64,000 bases of DNA from an uncultured Dehalococcoidia bacterium (GCA_964409595.1 CAYPDR010000010.1:7037-71036); one strand, 5' to 3'; shown: positions 1-9,513, counted from the first letter of the stretch. Program-made: numbers and translations. Notes: generated by a model from the sequence alone, not told the origin.

Positions 1-1
1 A

Positions 2-157
2 AAAGTTGTCGAATATATGAATGTCTCACTCGAAGGAGACGAAGTCTGGTACACAGATTTTCCAAAACAAAAAAATGGGATGTTGTCGCCATTCCCTGAT
101 AAACCGGGACTTGGCCTGGATCTTGACCACTATTCAGTTTCAAAGTACTCAATTTAG
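2..157 (+). CDS. C-terminal end of a mandelate racemase/muconate lactonizing (enolase superfamily) enzyme, truncated by the window start
   Basis: Frame from base 2 reads KVVEYMNVSLEGDEVWYTDFPKQKNGMLSPFPDKPGLGLDLDHYSVSKYSI*; the P-x-x-PGLGL-x-L-D tail is typical of this family. Not in the ORF track. Confidence 0.75.
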   Translation, partial: KVVEYMNVSLEGDEVWYTDFPKQKNGMLSPFPDKPGLGLDLDHYSVSKYSI

Positions 158-162
158 CCAGG

Positions 163-1338
163 CTATGCTAGCAAATCTGGCAGCTTCCTCAACGATGCGA
201 TGTTCCTTGCAGAAGCGAAAACGTCTACAAAGGGTTTGACCGCTTTGAGGGTATAGGTGGCCTGTTCGTAATCTTTAGATCCTAGAAGAGGGTTTAACCA
301 GATGATCTTCCGTACTGCGCGTCTGAGAATCCGCATGTTAAAAACAACCTCTTCTGGTAAATTAGTGTCCCAACCGTCACTCATCAATACAACCGTGGTA
401 TATCGGTCGAATTTAGAAGAATTAAATGTTCTAAGATCATTTAGGCAATCCCCTATCCGTGTTCCTCCTGACCAATTTGAAACCTTGTCACTTATCCTGC
501 GAAGTGAATCTGTTAACGAAGGTGAAGACAGCTCCTTTGTCACATCTGTTAAGGAAGTACTAAATACAAAAACGCTAACCTTTTTAGTCTTCTTACAAAG
601 CTCGAAAGCCAACTGTAGCAAAGTTTGTGTGTACCTGTTCATCGATCCGCTCACATCTATCAAAACGATAACTCTTGGGACTTTCGGGGTCTTTGTCCGC
701 ATTGGAATTTTTATAGGTTCACCTCCTCTACCAATATTTAGCCTGAAAATATTTCGAAAATCTGTAACTCTCCCTTTGTTCCCTTTGCGATATCTCCTTC
801 CAGGCCGGTCCGCCAACTTTCTCACCAATCTGGAGGCAATTCTGGATATTTCCAAAATTTCCTTTTCGCCCAGATGGGCTATATCCGCATATTTATTTGG
901 TTCGCGCGAGCTAGCACCGCTTGTTGTAGGCTGGAAAAGCACGTTGTTCGACGCAGGATCATATTCCATCGTAGTCAAATAACCTCTTTTTCTTCCAAAG
1001 CCTCTCCCGCCGGTAAACAAGTCTGAGTTAGCGTTTTTAGCACTGCGTGTTGGGATAAAATCAAAAGACCAGAATTTTTCAAAAGCTTCATCGAACAAAC
1101 TGATCTCTGTATTACGCCTAACGAACAAACTCCTCAAAATCCAGTAAATCGACGGGCGGTCCGCGGAAAACTCTATGAGCTGACTCGAAGAAATCGTATT
1201 TATGTATGCCGAGACCTCGGTCGGCCCAGCCATCATCCCAAACGATCGGAGAGCACGTGCAAATCTCAAAATATGAGTGACGTAATCGTAGGAAGAACCA
1301 TAGAGATTCACATTCAATTTACTCAAGCGACCCGTCAA
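163..1338 (-). CDS. VWA-domain protein, CoxE-like
   Basis: MIDAS elements DVSGSM, GGTRIG and SDGWD; C-terminal IIWLNPLLG typical of CoxE. Confidence 0.85.
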   Translation of the reverse strand: MTGRLSKLNVNLYGSSYDYVTHILRFARALRSFGMMAGPTEVSAYINTISSSQLIEFSADRPSIYWILRSLFVRRNTEISLFDEAFEKFWSFDFIPTRSAKNANSDLFTGGRGFGRKRGYLTTMEYDPASNNVLFQPTTSGASSREPNKYADIAHLGEKEILEISRIASRLVRKLADRPGRRYRKGNKGRVTDFRNIFRLNIGRGGEPIKIPMRTKTPKVPRVIVLIDVSGSMNRYTQTLLQLAFELCKKTKKVSVFVFSTSLTDVTKELSSPSLTDSLRRISDKVSNWSGGTRIGDCLNDLRTFNSSKFDRYTTVVLMSDGWDTNLPEEVVFNMRILRRAVRKIIWLNPLLGSKDYEQATYTLKAVKPFVDVFASARNIASLRKLPDLLA

Positions 1339-2179
1339 CCTTGCCGAAATATTTCTTATGCCATTTTTCCCTTTCTACCTGAATTAAAAAATCCATCAAT
1401 GTCCTATTGAATAACTCCGGTTCCTCCAAATTAACTGCGTGCCCAGAGCGAGGAAATACTGCTAAACCAGCTGAAGGGATATTTTTACTCATAAAAAGAG
1501 CCGGTTGTATGCAAGGATCATCTTCGTCTCCAATAACAACTAACGTAGGTATATTGAGACTTTTCAATTTATGTTCCAAGTCATATATAGGAGGACGTTG
1601 TTTCAAAACCCCTCGAAAGGTATTTGCCGATCCAACGGGTGAATGCTGCATGAAGTTATTCCGGAATACTTCATACCCTTTGGGGTCCTTTTGCTTCAGT
1701 TGAACCCTAGCAGGACCTCCTAAATAACTAGACATGAAACTCATACCCTCGTTTTCCATGCCATCAGCCATACCATCCACGCGGGCCCTGAACAAGGCTG
1801 GCTCATCCGAACCCGTCCCAGTACCCGCAACTACGAGAGAGAAAACCATTCCAGGAAAAGAAATAGCAAAATTAAGAGCTACGTTCCCTCCCATAGAAAG
1901 ACCAACTAAATGAGCCTTCTCTACATTCAAGGTTGTCAGAAGACCTTTTAAATCGTTCACAAATTGAGATTGGCTGTAGAGATCAACCGAGTCTGGTACG
2001 TCTGACGGAGGATATCCTCTGGCGCAATAAGTGATGACCTCGTAATTTCGGCTAAAGAATCCAACTTGTGATTCCCAAGAACGGTAATCCCCCGCAAACT
2101 CATGACAAAAAACCAATGGGGTACCAGAACCGTGAGTTTCGTAATAGATATTAACCCCGTTTACAAGTGCATAAGTCAT
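1319..2179 (-). CDS. alpha/beta-fold hydrolase
   Basis: GLSMGG nucleophile elbow, D-D-P-C acid region, GHAVNLE His; AGAGG RBS-like sequence before the ATG at 2179. Confidence 0.88.
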   Translation of the reverse strand: MTYALVNGVNIYYETHGSGTPLVFCHEFAGDYRSWESQVGFFSRNYEVITYCARGYPPSDVPDSVDLYSQSQFVNDLKGLLTTLNVEKAHLVGLSMGGNVALNFAISFPGMVFSLVVAGTGTGSDEPALFRARVDGMADGMENEGMSFMSSYLGGPARVQLKQKDPKGYEVFRNNFMQHSPVGSANTFRGVLKQRPPIYDLEHKLKSLNIPTLVVIGDEDDPCIQPALFMSKNIPSAGLAVFPRSGHAVNLEEPELFNRTLMDFLIQVEREKWHKKYFGKVDGSLE

Positions 2180-2325
2180 CGCCAACCTCTAGTGAATCTT
2201 GCCCAGCCGCTATTCGTTATATCACACATAAACTTTCTCAAGAACAGATAGGCCAAAAGATTACTTGCCGAGGGAGACTATATAATGACTTACGCAATAT
2301 ATAAAAACTTCGCGGAGGGTAAGCG

Positions 2326-2667
2326 TTGGCCACTATTCGTATCATGTACTGGAAAGAAATTCCTGTACAGGTCCAAGCTACGGATGAGGAAAAAACCACA
2401 TCAGTTTTACTTGAAGAACGGTTCCAACAAGCGGCAGACTCTATCTCTATGATGGACGGAAGTGCCGGGAGTGAGGAATATTTGATGGGTTGGGAGTGGG
2501 GAAAACATATGCATATTGATGGAGACGCAGAAGCCACGTCCTATAAGTTGGCTGATAAAATTAACTCAGACATGCCACATGATTTTGCCGCTAGGATCAG
2601 GGACATGGAGATCAGTGGCACAAGGAAACCTTACGCGGGAGCAATCGATCACTGGATGGAGGAGTAA
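2326..2667 (+). CDS. small 'Virulence_fact'-family protein, first gene of the corrinoid cluster
   Basis: YWKEIPVQV N-terminal motif, RFQQAADSISM and YLMGWEW match my recollection of this family, usually seen beside B12/methionine-synthase genes. Confidence 0.65.
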   Translation: MATIRIMYWKEIPVQVQATDEEKTTSVLLEERFQQAADSISMMDGSAGSEEYLMGWEWGKHMHIDGDAEATSYKLADKINSDMPHDFAARIRDMEISGTRKPYAGAIDHWMEE

Positions 2668-2708
2668 CTTTCGGATCTGTTGTCTGGAAGTATATATTTA
2701 ACCAATTC

Positions 2709-3614
2709 ATGGAAGATAATAACGTTCCAAATCAGGAAAGTATTCTAAACCGTTTAAGCTCCGGGGAGGTACTCGTTTCGGATGGAGCAACTGGTACGTT
2801 TCTGCAACAGAACGGGCTCGAACCAGGTGGGGATCCGGAGGAGTTTAACGCTATTCGACCAGATGTAGTCAAGAAGATGGCAAGAGAGTATTTTAAGTCG
2901 GGTTCTGACTTGGTATTAACAAACTCTTTCGGTGGGACCGTGTATCGACAGAGTCACTACGGGTTTGGAAATAGGGTTGCTGAGTTCAACAAGTTGGCCG
3001 CTGAGCATGCAAAGAGCCAAGCTACTGAAGAGAAATTCGTATTCGGTTCCGTGGGACCAACAGGAGAATTTATACAGCCACTCGGAAATGTCTCAGAGGA
3101 AGAAATGTATGAAGCTTTTAAAATTCAGGTGACTTCACTAGAAGACGGAGGGGCAGACGGGATAGTAATAGAGACTATGACCGCCATGGAAGAGGCATCG
3201 TTGGCAATACGTGCGGCGAAGGAAAATACCCACTTGACGGTTGCAGCAACAATGACTTTCGACAAAGGACCCAGGGGATACTTCACTATGATGGGTATAA
3301 CACCTGAACAGGCCGCGATCGGGTTATCAGAATCAGGAGCAGACATAGTCGGTACCAACTGTGGAAACGGAATCGACAACATGATCGAAATCGCGGAAAG
3401 AATGAGAGACTCAACTACTCTACCACTGCTTGTACATTCAAACGCGGGAATACCCGGGATCGAGAAAGGGGAAATTATATACCCGGAATCTCCAGAGTTC
3501 ATGGCGGAACGATTCTTGCAACTGAAGAAAGTAGGCGTAAATATAATCGGGGGCTGCTGCGGAACAGGACCAGCCCACATAAAGGCCCTCGCGAAAGCTT
3601 TGGGAAAGGGGTAA
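2709..3614 (+). CDS. homocysteine S-methyltransferase family protein (stand-alone MetH N-terminal/BHMT-like domain)
   Basis: DGATGT start motif, TNSFG, Zn ligands GTNCG and GGCCG. Confidence 0.92.
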   Translation: MEDNNVPNQESILNRLSSGEVLVSDGATGTFLQQNGLEPGGDPEEFNAIRPDVVKKMAREYFKSGSDLVLTNSFGGTVYRQSHYGFGNRVAEFNKLAAEHAKSQATEEKFVFGSVGPTGEFIQPLGNVSEEEMYEAFKIQVTSLEDGGADGIVIETMTAMEEASLAIRAAKENTHLTVAATMTFDKGPRGYFTMMGITPEQAAIGLSESGADIVGTNCGNGIDNMIEIAERMRDSTTLPLLVHSNAGIPGIEKGEIIYPESPEFMAERFLQLKKVGVNIIGGCCGTGPAHIKALAKALGKG

Positions 3615-3620
3615 AAGCAT

Positions 3621-4295
3621 ATGGCATTAATTCAGCGTGGAGCTCTTAGACCTTCAGAAGTGCTATCAAGGTATGGGAAATGCCTTGAATTGATTCCATT
3701 GGACAAACACTTCAACGATATATCTATAGGCCTCTATCTAAAAGAATCCACATTTACAGTTTGGACTTTCAGTAATATACCTAATGTTTCAAAACGCATA
3801 AAGAGTATCCGAAACCAACTCGTTTCCCTTGGGGGAATGTCTGCAGTCCCCGGTACTGACAACCAGGCTAGATTTGAATGTGGATCTCTTCACGAAAGAC
3901 CCGTCAAATTTTTGCTTAGCCAATCCGTTGGGAAAGCCCCTGACTTTGCACCCTCAAGTGGTGAAATAAAGATAAAAGACAGCAAATCAGATTTGACGAT
4001 ATATGCGAATCCATTTAGACGGGAAGGAAGTTGGTTCTACAGAATCGCCACATCAGGAAATGCTAAAAATCCTTCCATGCGACTACGGATGATAATGGCT
4101 GGGTTTTCCCGTTATGGTGAAATGGACAAAGAGGGGGAGAATGAAGTTGCATTTGAATGTAGAAACAAGCATGAAAAACTGATGCGGCTTTTGATGCCCT
4201 ACTCCAGAAATATCAGTAGCGTAGAAACTATGATCGCGGCTGAAGATATGAGAGGACAAATGACGACAAACACTCTTGGATTCAATCAAACATAG
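3621..4295 (+). CDS. hypothetical protein with an internal two-fold repeat
   Basis: 224-aa ORF tightly spaced within the operon; FEC-x3-HE occurs twice about 93 aa apart. Confidence 0.75.
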   Translation: MALIQRGALRPSEVLSRYGKCLELIPLDKHFNDISIGLYLKESTFTVWTFSNIPNVSKRIKSIRNQLVSLGGMSAVPGTDNQARFECGSLHERPVKFLLSQSVGKAPDFAPSSGEIKIKDSKSDLTIYANPFRREGSWFYRIATSGNAKNPSMRLRMIMAGFSRYGEMDKEGENEVAFECRNKHEKLMRLLMPYSRNISSVETMIAAEDMRGQMTTNTLGFNQT

Positions 4296-4319
4296 AGCAC
4301 CGGGGGGGACCTAGACACT

Positions 4320-5366
4320 ATGACAATGAGGAAAGAGGAAATTATGACTCCAAGACAACGAGTCATGAATTCGCTGGCGGGCAAACCCGTGGACAGGACA
4401 CCTGTTGCAAACCCAACGAATGTAGCGACTGTAGAGCTTATGGATTTAGTTGAAGCACCATTCCCAGAAGCATGTCGAGATCCTGAACTTGCTGCCAGAT
4501 TGGCTGCAACTGGCTATACAGAGCTAGGATTCGACAGTATCTCCCCTTATTTCACAATAATTCAAGAATCCTCTGCCTTAGGATGCGAAATGCAGTGGGA
4601 AGAGAAAGATAACTGGCCCACTGTACGAATGTATAACCCTGTTTGGAGAGGCGCTGATGACGTGCATGTGCCTAGCAATTTCCTAGAACATAGGGACGTA
4701 AAAACCATAACGGAGTCCATAAAAATTCTGAAACAAGAATATGGCGACGAAGTGGCCATCATAGGAAAAACAATGGGTCCTTGGACACTTGCCTACCATG
4801 TTTTTGGCGTGGAGAGATTCTTACTCGGTACTGTGGACAATCCGGAAGAAACGATGAGAGCACTAGAAAAGCTCACTGAAATATCCGTACTTTTTGGAGA
4901 AGCCCAAATTGATGCGGGTGCCGATGTACTTACGTTCCCCGACCACGCCACAGGCGACCTGGTAAGTGGAGAGTATTACAAGCGATTTTTACAGGACATT
5001 CATACAGAAATGGTGGAGACACTACCCGTGCCTCTGATCCTACACATATGTGGAAAAACCGTGGACAGAATGCCTTATATTGCACAAACCGGCATGGCCT
5101 CGTTTCATTTCGATTCCAAAAACGACCCCCAAGAAGCCATGGATGCTGTCAATGGAGGCATTGGGCTGGTAGGCAACATAAACAATCCGGAGACACTGTA
5201 CGCCCGAGGCCCTGAAGAAGTCAGGAAGGAAGTATACAAATGCCTGGAAGCTGGTGTTCAAATGATTGCCCCAGAATGCGCTGTACCGCTTGCAACTAAG
5301 ATACAAAATCTTATGGAAATTCCCCTTGCTGTTAAAGATTGGACAAAAAGGAAGGCCCACCAATAA
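4320..5366 (+). CDS. MtaA/CmuA-family (URO-D fold) methylcobamide:thiol methyltransferase
   Basis: MTPRQRV...PVDRTPV start, GPWTLA, Zn motif H242-x-C244 (LHICG) plus C320 (APEC); the true start may be the ATG at 4344. Confidence 0.88.
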   Translation: MTMRKEEIMTPRQRVMNSLAGKPVDRTPVANPTNVATVELMDLVEAPFPEACRDPELAARLAATGYTELGFDSISPYFTIIQESSALGCEMQWEEKDNWPTVRMYNPVWRGADDVHVPSNFLEHRDVKTITESIKILKQEYGDEVAIIGKTMGPWTLAYHVFGVERFLLGTVDNPEETMRALEKLTEISVLFGEAQIDAGADVLTFPDHATGDLVSGEYYKRFLQDIHTEMVETLPVPLILHICGKTVDRMPYIAQTGMASFHFDSKNDPQEAMDAVNGGIGLVGNINNPETLYARGPEEVRKEVYKCLEAGVQMIAPECAVPLATKIQNLMEIPLAVKDWTKRKAHQ

Positions 5367-5490
5367 CACAGCGCTATACAATCAGCCGTATAATTAGCCC
5401 TTGGATTTTGTTCTGCAAAACATGGCGACAGGTTTGACAAAATATGTATTGAAGGATTGTTAAAAAAACTCGATCCCATAAGGAATTCAA

Positions 5491-6243
5491 ATGCCAGTTG
5501 TTAATGAAGATCTTGAAAAAGAATTAACATACGTGACCAATCCATCAGAGGAATCTCACATCAGGGCCCTCTGGAATAAGGCCGACCCACTAATGCAGGA
5601 AATTTCCGTAAAGCTCATTCACGGTAATAACATTGACGTGTACGACTTGACGAAGAAAGCCTTAGACGAGGGTTTCAGCGCAAATACTATTCTGGATGAT
5701 GGCTTGGTCGCCGGTATGGCCATTGTAGGCATCAAGTTTAGAGACAACATAATCTTTGTGCCTGAAGTGCTAGTGGCCGCTAGGGCTATGAAAGCTGGTA
5801 TGGAACACATTGAACCTATACTTTCTGCTTCAGGTGTAGAACCAATGGGGACAGTAATTATGGGAACAGTGAAGGGCGACCTACACGATATCGGCAAAAA
5901 CCTGTGCATAATGATGCTCAGGGGAGCAGGATTTACAGTCGTCGACCTCGGGGTCGATACTTCGCCAGATGAATTCATTGAAGCATTAGAAGAAAACGAA
6001 GCTAGTGTGCTTGGAATGTCAGCTCTCCTCACTACTACAATGCCCAATATGGGTAGAACCATAGAGGCATTAGAAGAAGTTGAAATGAGAGACCTAGTTA
6101 AAGTAATGGTTGGCGGTGCTCCACTTTCACAAGAATTCGCCGACGATATGGGAGCTGATGGGTACGGAAAAGACGCCATAGAATGCGTCGACTTAGCCAA
6201 GTATTTTCTGGGTCTCGTACAAGAAACTGGAGCAACTTACTAA
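5491..6243 (+). CDS. corrinoid (B12-binding) protein, MtbC/MttC/MetH cap+cobalamin type
   Basis: FVPEVLVAARAM cap, GDLHDIGKNL (DxHxxG), SALLTTTM, VMVGGAP. Confidence 0.93.
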   Translation: MPVVNEDLEKELTYVTNPSEESHIRALWNKADPLMQEISVKLIHGNNIDVYDLTKKALDEGFSANTILDDGLVAGMAIVGIKFRDNIIFVPEVLVAARAMKAGMEHIEPILSASGVEPMGTVIMGTVKGDLHDIGKNLCIMMLRGAGFTVVDLGVDTSPDEFIEALEENEASVLGMSALLTTTMPNMGRTIEALEEVEMRDLVKVMVGGAPLSQEFADDMGADGYGKDAIECVDLAKYFLGLVQETGATY

Positions 6244-6261
6244 TCGAAGAGGATCCGAAAA

Positions 6262-6540
6262 TTGCCAGCCAACTCAGGTGATCACCAACCAGAATTCGAC
6301 AGGGATAAATATGCTGCCAGCCTCAGAAGACTTGATGGCATATTTAGAGGCATATCAAAGTCCGTCAGTGAAATCTCAAGGTCTCGTTGTCCATACAAAA
6401 ATGCTCAAGATAGATGCACGGCAAGGTTCGGCTGCAGAAACCAAGACGTAAAGGTTGCCCCAGGGGAACTATATGTATGCTTGGGCAGCGATAATTTAGA
6501 TTATCGGGACGCTTGGGAATCAGAGACTCCGATAAGCTAA
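6262..6540 (+). CDS. small four-cysteine hypothetical protein
   Basis: 92-aa ORF with GAGGA RBS; CPYKNAQDRCTARFGCRNQ...YVC. Confidence 0.65.
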   Translation: MPANSGDHQPEFDRDKYAASLRRLDGIFRGISKSVSEISRSRCPYKNAQDRCTARFGCRNQDVKVAPGELYVCLGSDNLDYRDAWESETPIS

Positions 6541-6657
6541 ATTCCACACATTTTATTCAATCCAAGAATTTATCCTGCTGCTAGCACCACCTCATCGAAC
6601 CACCCCTTTTACTTACTCGTTCTATTTAATATTCTTTTCATTTGTTAGGATTGAATT

Positions 6658-8301
6658 ATGTCCCCTGTAATAGCCGATGGGCGAGAAGTCCAATATAGAG
6701 AAAAAAATACTTTATTTGATTACGCGGATTCTCTTAACTTACGTGTCCCTACCTCATGTGGAAGAACGGGAGAATGCCACGAATGCATCGTTGAGATTCG
6801 AAAGGGTATGAACTCTTTGAATCTCATTACTGAGCAGGAAAAGTTCCTTAGGGGAAATTACCGCCTTGCTTGTAGAACTATCCTAGAGGATCCACACGCA
6901 ACAGTTGAATTCGCAACTCTTAGGAGACAGCCTCGTATTTTGTCCAAAAGCATCCAGCGCAAAATACAGTTAGACCCGAAGGTAACTAAGGACAAAAGTA
7001 ACGTTCTTAGGGACGGCAAAATCATCGATAAATATAGGGGAGGTATTTATGGAATAGCCGGAGACATAGGTACCACAACTGTTGTTTTAAACCTAGTAGA
7101 TCTGGAATCTGGGGAAACAATTCAGACCTCATCATTTGAGAATCCTCAGAGATTTGGAGGAGGAGACGTCATGAACCGTATTTCTTATGACGGGGGCAAC
7201 TTCCACGGAGAGTTAAGGCAAGTGATCCTCTCCTCCATCAATTTTGAAATTGGGGCAATGACTCGAAATCCCGATAGAAGGTCAGTCCATCGACGATGCA
7301 TATACGACGTCGTACTAGTTGGGAACACAACAATGAGGGACCTGTTATTCGGTATTGATGTTCAACCAATAGGTCAAAAACCGTACAAATCACTGATTCA
7401 AACAGAATTCGAAAATAAGACACGGGAATCTACAGCGATGGAATGCTCTGCCTCCGATATTGGCCTAAGAGTGCACCCAAACGCAAAAGTATATAGTGGG
7501 CCACTGGTGGGGTCCCATGTTGGAGCGGACGTGGCAGCAGATATGTTAGCCATTGGAATGGATACAGCCACGTCACCCAGGATGCTCGTAGATATTGGTA
7601 CCAATACTGAGGTTGTTATTGGAGACAGTTCTGGTATGGTAACCGCCTCATGCCCGGCCGGCCCAGCTTTTGAAGGTGGAGAAGTCACATACGGGATGCC
7701 AGGATATGACGGAGCAGTTGAGGCAGTTTCAATACTGGAAGGAACAGTAAATATTTCCACTATAGGTGGTGCCGAAGTCCAAGGTATTTGCGGTTCTGGT
7801 CTTGTTGATCTCCTCTCTGAACTCCGCCGGACCGAGGCTATGGATGTCCTTGGCAAATACCAAGATGATTCTAATCAATTTACCTTTGCCCCTGACCGTG
7901 AAATGTACCTGTCTAGATCTGATATAAGCGCTTTGGCCCAGGCTAAGTCTGCCAACTATTCAGGCCAGTTCATTGCCATGAGACACTTTGGTAAATCAAT
8001 AGAGGATTTGGAAACTCTTTATCTTGCCGGAGGGTTTGCAAACTATATAAACGCTCATAACGCGAAATCGATAGGATTCATAGCAGATTTCCCCACCGAA
8101 AAAATATCCAAAGTAGGAAATGCTTCGCTAGAGGGAGCAACTATTATGCTCAAGTCTGTCGCTTCAAGATTATCAATAGAGAACCTAGTCAAAAAAGTTG
8201 AACACATAGAATTGGAAACAACACCAGATTTCTTCGATATATTCGTCGAAGGTTGTATGTTCAAGCCAATGCCGCGAGAGATTTTTAAAGCTGCCAGCTA
8301 A
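6658..8301 (+). CDS. ASKHA-domain reductive activator of corrinoid proteins (RACo/RamA-like) with N-terminal 2Fe-2S domain
   Basis: CGRTGECHEC...RLAC ferredoxin cysteines; DIGTTT, DIGTNTE, AGPAFEGG, GICGSG, LAGGF, VGNASLEGA motifs. Confidence 0.92.
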   Translation: MSPVIADGREVQYREKNTLFDYADSLNLRVPTSCGRTGECHECIVEIRKGMNSLNLITEQEKFLRGNYRLACRTILEDPHATVEFATLRRQPRILSKSIQRKIQLDPKVTKDKSNVLRDGKIIDKYRGGIYGIAGDIGTTTVVLNLVDLESGETIQTSSFENPQRFGGGDVMNRISYDGGNFHGELRQVILSSINFEIGAMTRNPDRRSVHRRCIYDVVLVGNTTMRDLLFGIDVQPIGQKPYKSLIQTEFENKTRESTAMECSASDIGLRVHPNAKVYSGPLVGSHVGADVAADMLAIGMDTATSPRMLVDIGTNTEVVIGDSSGMVTASCPAGPAFEGGEVTYGMPGYDGAVEAVSILEGTVNISTIGGAEVQGICGSGLVDLLSELRRTEAMDVLGKYQDDSNQFTFAPDREMYLSRSDISALAQAKSANYSGQFIAMRHFGKSIEDLETLYLAGGFANYINAHNAKSIGFIADFPTEKISKVGNASLEGATIMLKSVASRLSIENLVKKVEHIELETTPDFFDIFVEGCMFKPMPREIFKAAS

Positions 8302-8315
8302 AAAGGGGTTATTTT

Positions 8316-9320
8316 ATGAGTTGGAAGGTACTAATAACTGATCATGTCTGGCCGACAACTGACCCGGAAAGAAAGGTATTGGAGGCTGCCGGCGCCGAAG
8401 TCTTGATAGCTCCAGATGGAAAGGAAAGTACGCTGATAGAGCTTTCAAAAGACGTTGACGCAATTATGACCTGCTTCGCTCAAGTCACTGAAAATGTTGT
8501 TAAAGCGGCAAAAAAATGTGTTGTAATAGGTAGATTTGGGGTTGGAACAGATAACATCGCTGTTGACACCGCCACTGAACTTGGGATAGCAGTTACCTAC
8601 GTTCCTGACTACTGCGTTGATGAAGTCTCTGACCACGTTATGGCAATGATGCACACGTGGAATCGAAAAATCTCAATTTTTGATCAGTCCGTAAAAAAAG
8701 ATGGATGGGGGCACCTTGGTTTAACGATGCGTATGATGAGGCTGAGGGGTAAAACATTAGGAATAGTAGGATTTGGAAGAATCGGACAAGCAGTCGCTTT
8801 AAAAGCTCGAGTATTTGGAATGGAAATATTGACCTCTGACCCAGCGGTCTCTTCTAAAATAGTAGCGGCACAAGGCGCAAAACTTGTCGACATGGATGAG
8901 CTCCTGAATAAATCTGACTTCGTGACGCTGCATGCTCCTTTAATCTCAGAAACACACAACCTTATCGATAGGCCGGAACTATCCAAAATGAAAAAACATG
9001 CCTTCCTGATAAATGCCGCGAGAGGCCCATTGATTAACGAGGAAGCCCTTTATGAGGCTCTCTCCTCCGGATATATTGGAGGAGCTGGATTAGATGTCAT
9101 GGTCGAAAACACTCCTCCAAAAGACCATCCTTTTTTTAAATTAGAGAATATTATCATCACGCCGCACATAGCATTCTTTTCCCAAGAATCGACTCTTGAA
9201 CTTGAACAAAGAGCTGCAGCGGAAGTCGTGAAAGTTTATCAAGGTAAAATGCCGGACAATTTAGTCAATCACAAAGTGTTAGGACATCCCAATCCAAGAC
9301 ATTCCGTCACAAAAGAATAA
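8316..9320 (+). CDS. D-isomer-specific 2-hydroxyacid dehydrogenase (CtBP/SerA-like)
   Basis: GVGTDNI, GIVGFGRIG, INAARG, TPHIAF. Confidence 0.9.
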   Translation: MSWKVLITDHVWPTTDPERKVLEAAGAEVLIAPDGKESTLIELSKDVDAIMTCFAQVTENVVKAAKKCVVIGRFGVGTDNIAVDTATELGIAVTYVPDYCVDEVSDHVMAMMHTWNRKISIFDQSVKKDGWGHLGLTMRMMRLRGKTLGIVGFGRIGQAVALKARVFGMEILTSDPAVSSKIVAAQGAKLVDMDELLNKSDFVTLHAPLISETHNLIDRPELSKMKKHAFLINAARGPLINEEALYEALSSGYIGGAGLDVMVENTPPKDHPFFKLENIIITPHIAFFSQESTLELEQRAAAEVVKVYQGKMPDNLVNHKVLGHPNPRHSVTKE

Positions 9321-9513
9321 AGTCACCATATATGGAACCCTGGACCCAGCCTCTCAATCGTTGGTTCTAAATTCAGTTAGTTCTGCAGCTAAATACTATG
9401 TTGGTCTTATCCTATATGAGGATAAAAACGATAAATTAAAACCGCGGTAGAAAAGCAACCATGGGTGACTAGTGGAGACTACAACCCGGACAGTTTGAGC
9501 GTCGTTCATTTCT

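Noticed and set aside
2186-2325. Cobalamin riboswitch upstream of the corrinoid cluster
   Set aside because: No recognisable B12-box or GCCACTG element; the region is short and AT-rich.
9407-9425. Hairpin TTATCCT-ATATG-AGGATAA as a terminator
   Set aside because: AT-rich stem with no downstream U-tract on either strand.
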